In this document: one piece after another, positions 1-9,881 of the stretch
How positions within the stretch are numbered: position 1 is the first letter of the stretch
Layout of the letters: every line of letters begins with the position of its first letter
DNA from: Candidatus Saccharimonadota bacterium
Lineage (GTDB): Bacteria; Patescibacteriota; Gracilibacteria; BD1-5; UBA6164
Direction of reading: 5' to 3'
NCBI GenBank assembly: GCA_004563595.2
Contig: CP042461.1
Location: forward strand, 540,001-572,000
Length of the DNA stretch: 32,000 nt
Program-made: the position numbers and the translations under genes
The notes under the pieces: generated by a model
What the model was told of the DNA's origin: nothing
Seen by the model: the letters and a program-made list of their open reading frames with translations, nothing else
Database searches by the model: none

Positions 1-94
1 TAGATAATTTTTCTCAGCTATGTCTAACGGCTAAAATTACTTGAGTATAATAGATGTCACGTATTTCTGGAGGAGTCATGTCTGTATTTTTTAT

Positions 95-1165
95 TTAATC
101 AATAAACTCAGTACAGTAGTGCGTTGTTACATAATAGTTATAATAGTTTTTTCATCACCATCCGTTTTCATCTACAGGAGCATCACTGATTGCAAGTCAT
201 AATCATATTTTTGATATATCTGCATGAGTTATTGCCTTATAATGTGCATTAGCTGGGTAGGAAAGTCATTTTTCAGCCATGTATATATCAAAAATTTCTT
301 TGAGTGAGTTTATGAGTTCATCAGTACAGTCATTATCAGTACATTTATAACCATATTTTCAAATACTTTCACTGCTGGTGGCTCTATTTTTCACTTTACA
401 GATTACTCATCTATCATTAAACCATTTTTCTATTACTTTATAATCATAATATACATCAAAATAGTTTCTTTTATGCTCCATTACTCATTTTTGATCACTT
501 ATATATGACCATTCATATGCTGAATTATCAAGCCTAGAATCATATGTATAGAGTGATACTCAAAGATCTCTCCTTGCTGTATTATGCCAATCTTTCCAAG
601 TACTTTTTACTTTATTCATATCAATTTTATATTTTTTGTAATGACGTGTATATGTTGGTTCGAGGCTTATTTTTTTTGTTCAAACAATAATTTCATTAAT
701 AATGACATATTTTTTTGTGCCTTCTTTGAGTTTCCTTAAAGTTTTCTCAAGTTTATAAATGAGGACTTCTTTATATTTTATTCATTTTGAATTCACGAGT
801 TTTTTAATTTTTCCAATTACTTTTCCAGCAATTTTTTTATCACTACTTGATATAATATATTTTTTCGTGAGTATTTTATCTGATTTCTTTAATGATTGAT
901 CCCATACCCATCAAGTACTCCCATTATCAAGCTCTATTTTATAGTATGAATCAACTTTTGCAATAATATTATAGGTTTCACCAGCTTTTACTCATCATAT
1001 TACCGTTGATTTATTTTTACAGGGGTAATTCCTGATATTTGATCAAAACTTTACTTCAGCAACAAAAGTTATACTTTCTGGTTTAAAAGTATCACATGCA
1101 TTCGTTGCAAAGCTATTTCAATAAGAAATGAAGAGTAGGACTATAATTAAGAGTATTTTTTTCAT
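95..1165 (-). CDS. secreted SH3b-domain + CAP/SCP (PR-1/YkwD-like) domain protein, 356 aa under table 25
   Basis: ATG at 1165 is followed by signal peptide MKKILLIIVLLFISY. SH3b-like block GSNIRNYPCKNKSTVIGGVKAGETYNII..GSTGWVWDQSL. CAP-like block WHNTARRDLGVSLYTYDSRLDNSAYEWS..GVMEHKR and a C-terminal ..IGLGLA..TTHYCTEFID. Ends in TAA at 95-97; the frame contains many TGA read as Gly. Confidence 0.75.
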
Positions 1166-1186
1166 AGAGAGTCTGGTAATTGGATA

Positions 1187-2293
1187 TTATTGGAGCTCAG
1201 TACAGTAGTGAGTTGTCATATATAATACGTAATTATTTCATCATTGACTTTGGATATCAAGTCAGAGTCATATTTTCCTAAAATCTTTATTTGTGATTCA
1301 TCTATAATGAGCATTTTGAGAATTAGAAAGTCACTTTTCAGACATATAATAATCAAAAGTTTTTTTAGCAGCAGATACAGCTCAGTCTGTACAATCATTA
1401 GTGCTACAGTTGAACCAGAATGCTCCAGTACTTTCACTATAGGTAGTTCAATTTACATTTTTACATACTACTCATCGATCTTTCATCCATCATTCAATTT
1501 TTGTATAGTTATAGAATGAATCTCATACATCTCTTTTATGAGATATATATCATCGTTGTGTTGCAAACTCTGACCATTCTTGAGCTGTTTTATCAAGTTT
1601 AGAGTCATATGAGTATAGCTCTACTCATATGTTTTTTCTTTCGGTATTTTGCCATTTCAACCATTCGGATCGTACTTTATTAATATCAAAACTAAGATTT
1701 GTATCGTTGCTAACCTCATAATTACTGGTAGTATTCTCAGTTGTAGGTGACTCTTGCTCAATTTCCTTTGTCCTATTTATGACATGTAAAATAATTTCAT
1801 ATTTTCGTGATCATGGTGATAGTTTTTGAAGTGCTTTTTCAAGAATAGTTATAATTTTTGACTTATAAATAAATCATTTTTTTCTTACTATTTTTTCAAT
1901 TCGAGAGTTGATTTTATATATAAGAATTCGATCTTTTGAGCTGAAATTATAATCAATTGTTACTGCTGTATTTGTTTGAATTATTTGGGGTGTGTCTATT
2001 GTTTCGTTCGTTTGTGAAATTGCTTGATCCCATACCCGAGCTGTAGTTCAATTCGTTAGCTTGATAAAGTACCATCCATCGACTTTTGATATAACTTGAA
2101 ATTTTTCTCATACTTTTGCAGTTCACACAACACTTGAATTGTAAGTACAAGGGTAGCTTCTGATATTTGCTCATCGTACTACTTTTCATACAAAACTTGC
2201 TTCTTGAGGGACTATTTTTATACAACTATCGGTTGCATATGAGTGTGGAGTCCAGATTATAGAAGCCAGTATGAGAAAAAATATTTTTTTCAT
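1187..2293 (-). CDS. secreted SH3b + CAP/SCP domain protein, tandem paralog of 95..1165, 368 aa
   Basis: Same architecture as 95..1165: signal peptide MKKIFFLILASIIW, SH3b block GANIRSYPCTYNSSVVGTAKVGEKF..TTARVWDQ, CAP block WQNTERKNIGVELYSYDSKLDKTAQEWS..GYISHKR. The 3' end (ctcagtacagtagtgNgttgt) is nearly identical to the 3' end of the neighbouring gene. Confidence 0.75.
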
Positions 2294-2491
2294 GATCATT
2301 ACTATTAAGTATATAATGCCTAACTTAAGGAATCCTAGAATTATAAAATATTTCTGAGTAAAATCAAGTTTTAGTAGAAAATACTTTTAGTATATCATCC
2401 ATGTATTGACTAAATAATATTAAGTTGACTTATTTGTTAAAATGATTACTTTAGTGCCTGACTATTTTGTCACAGAAAAGGAGAGAGTGAT

Positions 2492-2866
2492 ATGGCTTTA
2501 ATTGTATGTTTGAACCAATCTGGTGGTGAAGGTGATAAAAATGTCTTTGCTAATACAGAAAAACGATTAAGGAGGAAGTCTAAAGGTACTGACAAAGGAC
2601 AATTTAACTATAAAGAAGCTGCAGTTCCACTTTTACAATATAATACTAAAACAGAAAAATTTATTGTAAAAGAAATTGATGTTAATTATACAAAACCTGT
2701 TATGCTTGGAAGTTTCCAGAAAACAGAAGATACAATTACAGTATTGTTATCGGTAAATGATACAAAATGCATAAAAGTGATTGGTAATAGAAAAAAATAT
2801 ACATTCATTTCTGAGGAAATTACAAGTGAACAAGCAGTACTTTATATGCAATCTATCAATACTTAA
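2492..2866 (+). CDS. small hypothetical protein, 124 aa, TGA-free
   Basis: Intact ORF in the track, with a strong SD (aaaaggagagag) 6-8 nt upstream of the ATG. A perfect intrinsic terminator follows directly. All 7 Gly codons are GGN. Confidence 0.7.
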   Translation: MALIVCLNQSGGEGDKNVFANTEKRLRRKSKGTDKGQFNYKEAAVPLLQYNTKTEKFIVKEIDVNYTKPVMLGSFQKTEDTITVLLSVNDTKCIKVIGNRKKYTFISEEITSEQAVLYMQSINT

Positions 2867-2899
2867 TAAAAACCAGGAGGGTTTCCCTCCTGGTTTTTT
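2867..2899. terminator. bidirectional rho-independent terminator
   Basis: aaccaggaggg-ttt-ccctcctggtt is an 11-bp GC-rich stem flanked by an A-run and a T-run. It lies between convergent genes and overlaps the stop of the minus-strand gene at 2898-2900. Confidence 0.85.
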
Positions 2900-4628
2900 A
2901 CTTTCATATTTTTTTTAATATCTCCTGTAATCTTGAATATTTTGGGCTCAAGAATCTCTTAGAATCAACAAAATACTTAATTAAGAACATATCGTGATAC
3001 TTAGAATTTTTATTCCATAAATCAGGAAGTTTTTCAACTCATTTCTTATAAAGATGAATGCTTTCATTCTCAAATCAAAACTTTTCTAATATTTCTCAGC
3101 AGTAGAAGTAATTCTCAACGGTAGGGTAATAAATGATCAAGTTATTACAATCAGATACAAGATTACTTCATTTTACTATTATGGATATAAAATACTTTTC
3201 AGACTGTATTTTCTCTATTTCTCATCACTTCTCTACTTCTCAAATTTGATAAAAGTTATCTGGATTATAGGGGAATATTTCAATCGCTTTGTTATATTCT
3301 TGTTTGTATGCAAGAGTTTCAGATACATAAATTTTGTATGAGTAAAATATATTTATGAGTGCGAAACATGATATTATAATAAAGTAAAAAAGAGGTGGTA
3401 TTAAATGAGTTGTTTTTTTATACTTTGAATTTTCTTTGATAGAATAAATCAGGTATACTATAACAATTAAATAACTTGCTATTGATGCAAAGTTAAAGAG
3501 CAAAAATATACTTCATAAAAAGAGGGAATAGTTATAATGTTTTCTATAGCGGAGTTGCCTTAGTATTATATAATATATGTAGCTAATGAACGCTAAACCT
3601 CATATTCATAGATGTACAAAAAATTGTAAGAATATGTTATGAGGCCTATCTGCTGTAAATCAGATATTTTCAAATATATAGAGATATTCTGATTTGTGTA
3701 TATCAAAAAAATGCGAGAGGTTTTCAAATCATACTCCCAAGGTCAATATTTTTATATCTGAAAATATAATATTTAAAGTAGTATCCCAGATATAAAATCT
3801 AGAAACAAATGAATGTATTTTTTCTGGATAAAACTTTAATATCAAAAGAGCTCATATGATGATAGTTATTATTCAACCAATATTTTTTCATTTTGATGAT
3901 AAGGGGAGAACGCTATATAGTAGGTAACTGATTCATAAAAATATTCAAATAGCACTCTTTGTGAGAATAAGAGTTATAAAAAGAAGTATTCATATTCAAA
4001 GAAAGATAAGCTTCTTTATTTTATTTTTTGTTTTGAGTGTTACGTCAACAACGTAGGGGATAATAAGAATCAAAAATAATGCAACATAGTTTGGGTGTCA
4101 AAAAGTTGAGAGGAGTCTGTTTGAAAGCCCTCAATAATCAAAACTAGGGAAATACAATTCTTTTATTCAAAGGATACTTAGAAGTATAGCTGGCACTATT
4201 ATGGTAATATTTATTTGTTTGAATAGTTTTTTATCAAGAATATTGAATAAAATATAACTTATTCAGATAAGATTATTCCACATTAAAAATGAGTGGGCTT
4301 TTGAATTATTTCAGAAAAATGAGATGAATGGGGATGTTGAGAAATAAGAAGAGATAAGCATGACTAACCAAATAATACTCAGGAACATTATACTATTCTT
4401 TGAAATAAATATTCTTTGTTTGTTTAATATTATTTGGAATCAATATCATAAGATTATGAGACTTGAAATGATATTGAAATACATTACTTTTGTAAACTCA
4501 TAATTTCCAGAAACTCAGAGACTTATATTTATTCAAAAGAGCTCAAGTAAACGAGAATTGATAAGAGGTAGGAATCAAAAAAGGAGTATAATGAGGAACT
4601 GAATTATTTTATGTGATTTTATTGACAT
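2898..4628 (-). CDS. O-antigen ligase (Wzy_C)-like polytopic membrane protein with weakly TPR-like C-terminal extension, ~576 aa
   Basis: Continuous table-25 frame containing track ORF 3240..3503. There are many hydrophobic segments and the Wzy_C-type motif ADRPHNIFLQFFVHLGIGGL. The C-terminal soluble part (AYKQEYNKAIEIFPYNPDNFYQIG..) looks TPR-like. The start at 4628 is the first ATG after an upstream TAA, has no SD, and is uncertain. Confidence 0.72.
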
Positions 4629-4649
4629 ATATGTAGTTATTAGTAAAAT
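4622..4649 (+). promoter_or_regulatory. sigma70-type promoter of cassette gene A1
   Basis: TTGACA (4622-4627), a 16-nt spacer, then TAAAAT (4644-4649). The context attttattgacat..N13..agtaaaata is repeated with identical spacing at 5597-5633. Confidence 0.6.
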
Positions 4650-4690
4650 AATTAAATAAAACTTACTCTTATCATTTTAAGGATATTATT

Positions 4691-5035
4691 ATGACTACAG
4701 TTAATTGAAATATAGTTAATTTTCCAGAAATTACAACTGGTGAAGTCAGTGATTTCATGGAAAATGTAGATCATGAACCAGATAGCCTTAATTGTGAGTT
4801 TATAATTTGGTCGAAAACAGCAAATCTGCTGATTGATGAGATATTAAATGGAGTGAAAATTAACATTAAACTTATTGATCCCTCTGATGATGATGAAATT
4901 GATGAATGTTTGAGTAACGAAAGAAATAAACTGTTAGAGGAATGAGGATACAATTCTATACAATTGACAGGAGATGAAATTAAAGAAATCACTTACAATG
5001 TGAGAAATAATTTTTCTCGTATCAATGCTTGATAA
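4691..5035 (+). CDS. hypothetical acidic protein A1, 114 aa (three in-frame TGA=Gly)
   Basis: The ATG at 4691 is in frame with track ORF 4757..4945. Read-through of TGA extends it to TAA at 5033-5035, and a terminator follows. Confidence 0.6.
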
Positions 5036-5054
5036 AGCATAATTTAGTATATAT

Positions 5055-5084
5055 AAAATCACTTCCTGTAAGTGATTTTTTTTT
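5055..5084 (+). terminator. rho-independent terminator after A1
   Basis: aaaatcactt-cctgt-aagtgatttt followed by a T-run. Confidence 0.75.
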
Positions 5085-5159
5085 AAAATTATATTATGTT
5101 GTTTACATGTATTATATGTAGATGACATCATTGTAACTTTAAATAAAAAAGGAGGATTT

Positions 5160-5528
5160 ATGGAAGAATCAGTATCTCTATCGTATTTTACGAATGGAGT
5201 ACCGAGGGATTTCGAAGAAGCAATGAGTACAATATGGGAGGATAACACTAGTATAAAAGCATTATTGCATGATGGTAATAATGTTACATGGTTTATTCAT
5301 TCCTATTCATGCCAAACCAAAATTGCCAGAATATCTTGTTCTAACCTATTCGGAGAAATCTGCTTGTTAGAAGATTATATTGTAGCAAAAAAGGGGAGGT
5401 ATTTTTCTGTACAACTATCAGAATTACCTAAAAGCTTATTTTATTATATTCATATTTTGGATAAACCAGTCTCGTATTCTCAGGCTGTGAATATGCAAAT
5501 GAATAAAATGATGGAGTCACGTATATAG
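5160..5528 (+). CDS. hypothetical protein B1, 122 aa, TGA-free; paralog of 6160..6522
   Basis: Strong SD aaaaaaggagga. Shares the blocks HSYS/FSYS, ISCSN/VFCEN, LEDYI/LKDYL and GRYFSVQLSELPKSLF / GVYRVFLHELPKNEF with B2. Confidence 0.7.
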   Translation: MEESVSLSYFTNGVPRDFEEAMSTIWEDNTSIKALLHDGNNVTWFIHSYSCQTKIARISCSNLFGEICLLEDYIVAKKGRYFSVQLSELPKSLFYYIHILDKPVSYSQAVNMQMNKMMESRI

Positions 5529-5550
5529 GGGGATTCTTTTAACTAGGAAT

Positions 5551-5578
5551 AGGGCTGAGCAATCAGCCCTACTTTTTT
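5551..5578 (+). terminator. rho-independent terminator after B1
   Basis: agggctga-gcaa-tcagccct followed by a T-run. The core ctgagcaatcag is identical to the core of the terminator at 6561-6595. Confidence 0.8.
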
Positions 5579-5602
5579 GTTTATTTTTTAGTATATATTT
5601 TA

Positions 5603-5630
5603 TTGACATGAATACTGTTTTCAGTAAAAT
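5603..5630 (+). promoter_or_regulatory. sigma70-type promoter of cassette gene A2
   Basis: TTGACA (5603-5608), a 16-nt spacer, then TAAAAT (5625-5630). Flanks are the same as in the A1 promoter. Confidence 0.6.
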
Positions 5631-5665
5631 ATTTGAATATCAATAATATTTTTTTATAAAGAATT

Positions 5666-6064
5666 ATGAATAATATTTGAGCAAACGTTGTACCAGTTAA
5701 TTTTAAGCAAAAAGAAATTGTTGAGTACAGACTTTCAGAGACTACTTATATAGTTGATGCAACAATTTTATTGCCATCGGGGGGGGAAGAAATAATTGAG
5801 AATATTCACTTTATTCCTTTTAAGTGTTTTGTAACTGATGTTTCTTCAGGTGAAGATTATGAAGATGAGGAAAAAAGTGATGTTAAGTATATAGAAGCTA
5901 GGAATTCTGCTTTTATTGCAAAATTAGCAATAAGCAATTTATTACTTGATGCGTCGGCTATTGATATAGATTTAGTAAAATTTTCTCTTCCGTACATTAA
6001 AGACTCTGAAGAGATAACCATAGGACAAACGAAAAAAACTGTTTTATCAATTGTTTCAAAATAA
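5666..6064 (+). CDS. hypothetical acidic protein A2, 132 aa (one in-frame TGA=Gly)
   Basis: The ATG at 5666 is in frame with track ORF 5771..6064, which the track starts at a TTG. The N-terminus MNNIGANVVPVNF resembles the A1 N-terminus MTTVNGNIVNF. Confidence 0.6.
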
Positions 6065-6071
6065 ATGTATA

Positions 6072-6137
6072 AAAAAATCTAATTTTCTTGTTTCTCTTGA
6101 TGTTTTTAGAGATACAAGAATGGTTAGATTTTTTTTA
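6072..6137 (+). terminator. long imperfect hairpin plus T-run (terminator or processing structure) between A2 and B2
   Basis: aaaaaatctaa..cttgtttctct..agagatacaag..ttagatttttttt forms nested arms. It ends about 20 nt before the B2 SD. Confidence 0.5.
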
Positions 6138-6159
6138 ATACCAAAAAAAGGAGTTATCT

Positions 6160-6522
6160 ATGGAGAAAGCAAAGGCTATAGACCTAAGCGTAGTTTTTTT
6201 AGAAACCGCAAGGAAGTATAAGAAAGTAGCCTTATCAAATCCAGACGTATTTGCACAAATTACATTTAGTCCAGATATTACAACGTTTTCTACTATATAT
6301 GTATTTTCATATAGTGAAGAACGTGGAGAGGCTACGGTTTTTTGTGAAAATGCTTCTAATAAGTTGAAGGATTATTTACGGCCTTATGGGAAGTTAGATG
6401 GGGTCTATAGAGTGTTTCTTCATGAGTTACCTAAAAATGAATTTTCTGAACCGAGTCTTATGCGACCATTAAGTTTGTCGAAAAGATTATTGTCAGATCA
6501 TTCAGATCATTTGGTAGCATAA
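6160..6522 (+). CDS. hypothetical protein B2, 120 aa, TGA-free; paralog of 5160..5528
   Basis: Strong SD aaaaaaggag, intact in the track, and similar to B1 (see the B1 entry). Confidence 0.7.
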   Translation: MEKAKAIDLSVVFLETARKYKKVALSNPDVFAQITFSPDITTFSTIYVFSYSEERGEATVFCENASNKLKDYLRPYGKLDGVYRVFLHELPKNEFSEPSLMRPLSLSKRLLSDHSDHLVA

Positions 6523-6560
6523 CAATAACAAAAACAACTTTCAAGTTGTTTACAAAACAA

Positions 6561-6595
6561 AAAGGGACTGAGCAATCAGTCCCTTTTATTTTTAT
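6561..6595. terminator. bidirectional rho-independent terminator (B2 / elp3)
   Basis: aaagggactga-gcaa-tcagtcccttt followed by a T-run. It overlaps the elp3 stop at 6592-6594. Confidence 0.8.
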
Positions 6596-8295
6596 ATATC
6601 TTTTAACATATATTCGCCTTCAAGAATATATCATCTTTTTTCATAGTATCACCTCACTCAAACACCAGCTATTACAGCCATACGTTTATATCCATTTTCT
6701 GAGGCTACTCTTTCTGATTCAGCAATAAGCCTTTTTCAAAAACCTAAGTGTTGTCAAAATGTAGATCCTTTTTCTCAGATACTAAGCTGATCTCAAAAAG
6801 TATGAATTTCTCTTACGATAGCAGCTCATTTAAGCTCTGGGAGTGCATCTGTTATTTCTTTGTTTTCTCCTGGAAGCCTGAGCCTTAATAGACTAAAAAT
6901 AGTTCTATCGCTTGGATCTTCAAATGTCATGAAGTATTCTTTTCCATCAGAAGCTTCATATTCAAAAGTATGAAGAGTAGCTTTTTTGGGATCATTTTTC
7001 CCATCTTTGATTTCCCTATGTCTCACTTCAATAAGTTTTATTCAATCAGCTTCAAGTTTTTTCTCTACTATTTGTCTGAGATTACTGAGATGACTTCATT
7101 CAAGTATTTGAGAAGCTGGTATATCTCTGTAAGTTCTATTGAGTCTGATATATTCAGGTATCATTGCTTCTAAGTCTGCTGTCAGATTTATTAATGTTTC
7201 ATCATCATATGCGGTGAATCATCATTCTTTCCATATATCTGTAAGCTCAGATTTATCAGTTACTACCATTGGATATATTTTGAGTTCATCAGGCCTAAAG
7301 TTCTGGTCATCAAATATTTTTTGAAGAGACTCTCTATCCATATCTGGGTTTGATCCAAGTAGATTTGGCATCATATGCGCAACAACCTTGAACCCTGCAT
7401 CTTTGAGCATTTTTGTTGCAGCTATACTTTCTTTATTTCAGTGTCACCTTTTATTAAGTTCATTTATATCGTCAAAAGTTGTTTGGTATCAAATTTCAAC
7501 TCTCGTAACACCATATCATCTGAGTCTTGCTATTTCTTCAGGGTTTAACCAGTCAGGTCTCGTTTCAATTGCTACTCATATTACTCTACACCTGCTTGTT
7601 TCATTCAGTTTTTTTGCTTCTTCTAAAGTCTTAGAAAGCTTTGCTTTATATGTTTGTTTGATTTTAAAACTCGCAAACCTATCTGTTGAGAGATCAGTTT
7701 TTTCTATATACTCCTTCATCTCATCATAAGTATTGAATGCATCATAGATACCTTTCATAAATGCTTCTTGATACTCTTTTGGATATACTGACCATGTCCC
7801 ACCTATAACTCTTATATCATTTTTTTCAATTTTATGCCCTGTTACCTCTAATGCTCTGAGCCTATTATGAATTTGCATAACAGGGTCAAATTTATTGAGC
7901 TCTGCTCTCATCACAGCTGGTTCATTCGGGATATATGATTTAGGAAGTCATTCAAAGGTAGGACAATATACACATTGACCTGGGCATCAAAAAAACTTCG
8001 TTAATAAGCTGATAACAGTAACCCCTGATAAACTTCTTACTCATCTTTTCCTAATAATCTTTTTGAATTTTAAGTCTTCCTCTGCTTCTCAAGTTGCGAT
8101 GAGTTCGTTATATCTTTCAATAATTTCAATATTTGGGATAGGTTTTGGGAGTTTATGTTTTCAATAAATCTTATTTTTTAATTTATGATAGATATCTCTA
8201 TCTAAAGTTGCTATTTCTTGTAATCAGATTTGAATAAGCTCGTCTATTATTTTTGTCTTTTCTTCACTAGGAAGCCTTAAATTTAAATGCGTCAT
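6592..8295 (-). CDS. elp3: Elp3-family radical SAM + GNAT acetyltransferase (tRNA U34 modification enzyme homolog), 567 aa
   Basis: Radical-SAM cluster motif CPGQCVYCP, then IRVIGGTWSVYPKEYQEAF. The C-terminal GNAT part reads QHLGFGKRLIAESERVASENGYKRMAVIAGVGVRGYYEKRGY. The frame links track ORFs 7576..7914, 7222..7410 and 6826..7026 through TGA codons. Confidence 0.88.
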
Positions 8296-8358
8296 TTTTA
8301 TTATTTAGAGTTATGTTTTCATTAATGCACATTATATGCTAAAAGAATATTTTGCAAT

Positions 8359-8398
8359 AAAAAAACATATAAAAAGTTTAATTTTTATATGTTTTTTT
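8359..8398. terminator. AT-rich hairpin terminator downstream of the pilin gene
   Basis: aaaaacatataaaaa-gtttaat-tttttatatgttttt, a symmetric stem with A and T runs on both sides. Confidence 0.6.
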
Positions 8399-8414
8399 AA
8401 ATTACTTATTTATC

Positions 8415-9722
8415 TTAACGAGGAGTCATTACTGTTGTTTTTGTAACACCGCTATTTAAGGCTTCAGTTATGGTAATAGTACCAGCTGTTTCATCATAAC
8501 GAAGCACTGTTGCTTGGTTATTTATAACATAGGTTCTGTTAAAATCATTTGTATTACAGTTCGTTCTACATGTAAAATAGCCTGGATCTGCATTATTTAA
8601 TAATAGAAATCAATTATTTATTTGATTACAATCAGTATCTAAGTCTCTATATCATGAAACCGTATATTGTGCTTGAGTTATCCAAGGGAAAGTATATACC
8701 ACACTTGTTGTTGTTTCTCCGCACATTGAAGTACTGATAACTGCATCCCAAACAGTATTAACAAAACCAGTATTTGCTAGTGTTATAGATGATACTGTAG
8801 CTTGGTTTTCATCTGGAAGTATAATATCTACATCTCAACCAAAACTATCATTTATTATATGTCATATGAGGTTACTTACTTCTTCATCACTTCATGTATT
8901 CATAGTTAAGAGACCTTGATATACAACATCATTTATTAAATCTGATCAGCTATATACATTTTGCAGGTTTGCTGCAAGGATAATTTGATTCGTAATATCC
9001 TCAAAATCATCAAGAAAAGTTTCTGATACTCATGCGTATACAAGTATATCTTTTCAAGTGAGTCAGAATGAAAATTGTCCCGTACCTGTTAACCTACTTG
9101 TTACACCATCAGAAGGGAGATTTGCATAACCATTAAATGCAAGTCAGAGTTTTTTTATTATTTCTATAATATCAGGGTTTGATATATCAGATCAAATTAT
9201 ACTTGGCATTGCAAGTATAAATGTTGTTCATCATGTACTTGTTTGAATACTTATAGCATTATAGGTTCATGTAATATATGCCAGGAGGTCTCATACAGCA
9301 TTTGCAGAGTTTAATGGAGCGTTTTGGGTAATATTTCCTTGTTCGAGAACTGATCAAATTTCGTATTCTTTTTGTGAACTTGTTACTGAATATACATATT
9401 CGGTATTTAATATGGGATCGATTGGAGTATTTGATAGCTGACTGATATTCGTAGTGACTGAATTTCAGACTGTTCATTGGGTCCAAACGAGTCACCCACT
9501 ATATGTAATAGCCATTCAGTTCGATGGAATTGGATACTTTCAAGTTTTCACAGAAAATAATTCAAGAGAAGTTCTTATATTGTTGATATCACTGATTCTT
9601 ACTGAATCTCTCGCAAGCGAACTATATCACTGTAGACTTATAAAAGCTATAGTTCATAAGATAGCAATTATTGTAATTACTACGATGAGTTCCACAAGTG
9701 TAAATGCTTTTTTACTTTTCAT
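8415..9722 (-). CDS. type IV pilin-like protein with prepilin N-terminal methylation domain and large C-terminal domain, 435 aa
   Basis: The N-terminus MKSKKAFTLVELIVVITIIAILGTIAFISL is the classic class III signal plus hydrophobic helix with Glu5. It is followed by about 400 aa of Ser/Thr/Asn-rich sequence with Cys residues near the C-terminus. Confidence 0.85.
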
Positions 9723-9848
9723 GTTTTCCATATTTTCCTTAAATTATATATAATAAAAGTGCATACGTATGTTAGTATATCTAAAGCCTATTCAAAACAA
9801 AAAACATAATTAATTTTTATTTGCATAATTTTAAAATATAATTATATT

Positions 9849-9876
9849 AATGACTAATTATATACTTTTAGTCATT
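9849..9876. promoter_or_regulatory. perfect inverted repeat, candidate TetR operator
   Basis: AATGACTAA-N10-TTAGTCATT ends 6 nt upstream of the tetR-family ATG, in the pilin/tetR divergent region. Confidence 0.6.
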
Positions 9877-9881
9877 TGGTC

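Noticed and set aside
1-79. Possible 5' end of a minus-strand gene (ATG at 79, MTPPEIRDIYYTQVILAVRHSGEKLS..) running off the window
   Set aside because: Only 26 codons are visible, with no SD and no recognisable motif, so it cannot be supported from this window. The plus-strand GGAGG+ATG at 71-80 opens only a 6-codon ORF.
4691-6064. Claiming A1 and A2 are homologous proteins
   Set aside because: Only an N-terminal GxN(I/V)V..NF motif and an NLL(I/L)D block match, and the latter is offset by about 46 residues. The duplication argument therefore rests on the promoters, the B paralogs and the terminators, not on A-A similarity.
1244-9753. Track ORFs 1244..1519(+), 4771..4992(-), 4934..5248(-), 6546..6728(+), 6970..7173(+), 7139..7324(+), 7388..7729(+) and 9454..9753(+)
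   Set aside because: Each is antisense to, or out of frame with, a longer homology-supported table-25 gene (CAP paralog, A1/B1, elp3, pilin). None has start or termination signals of its own.
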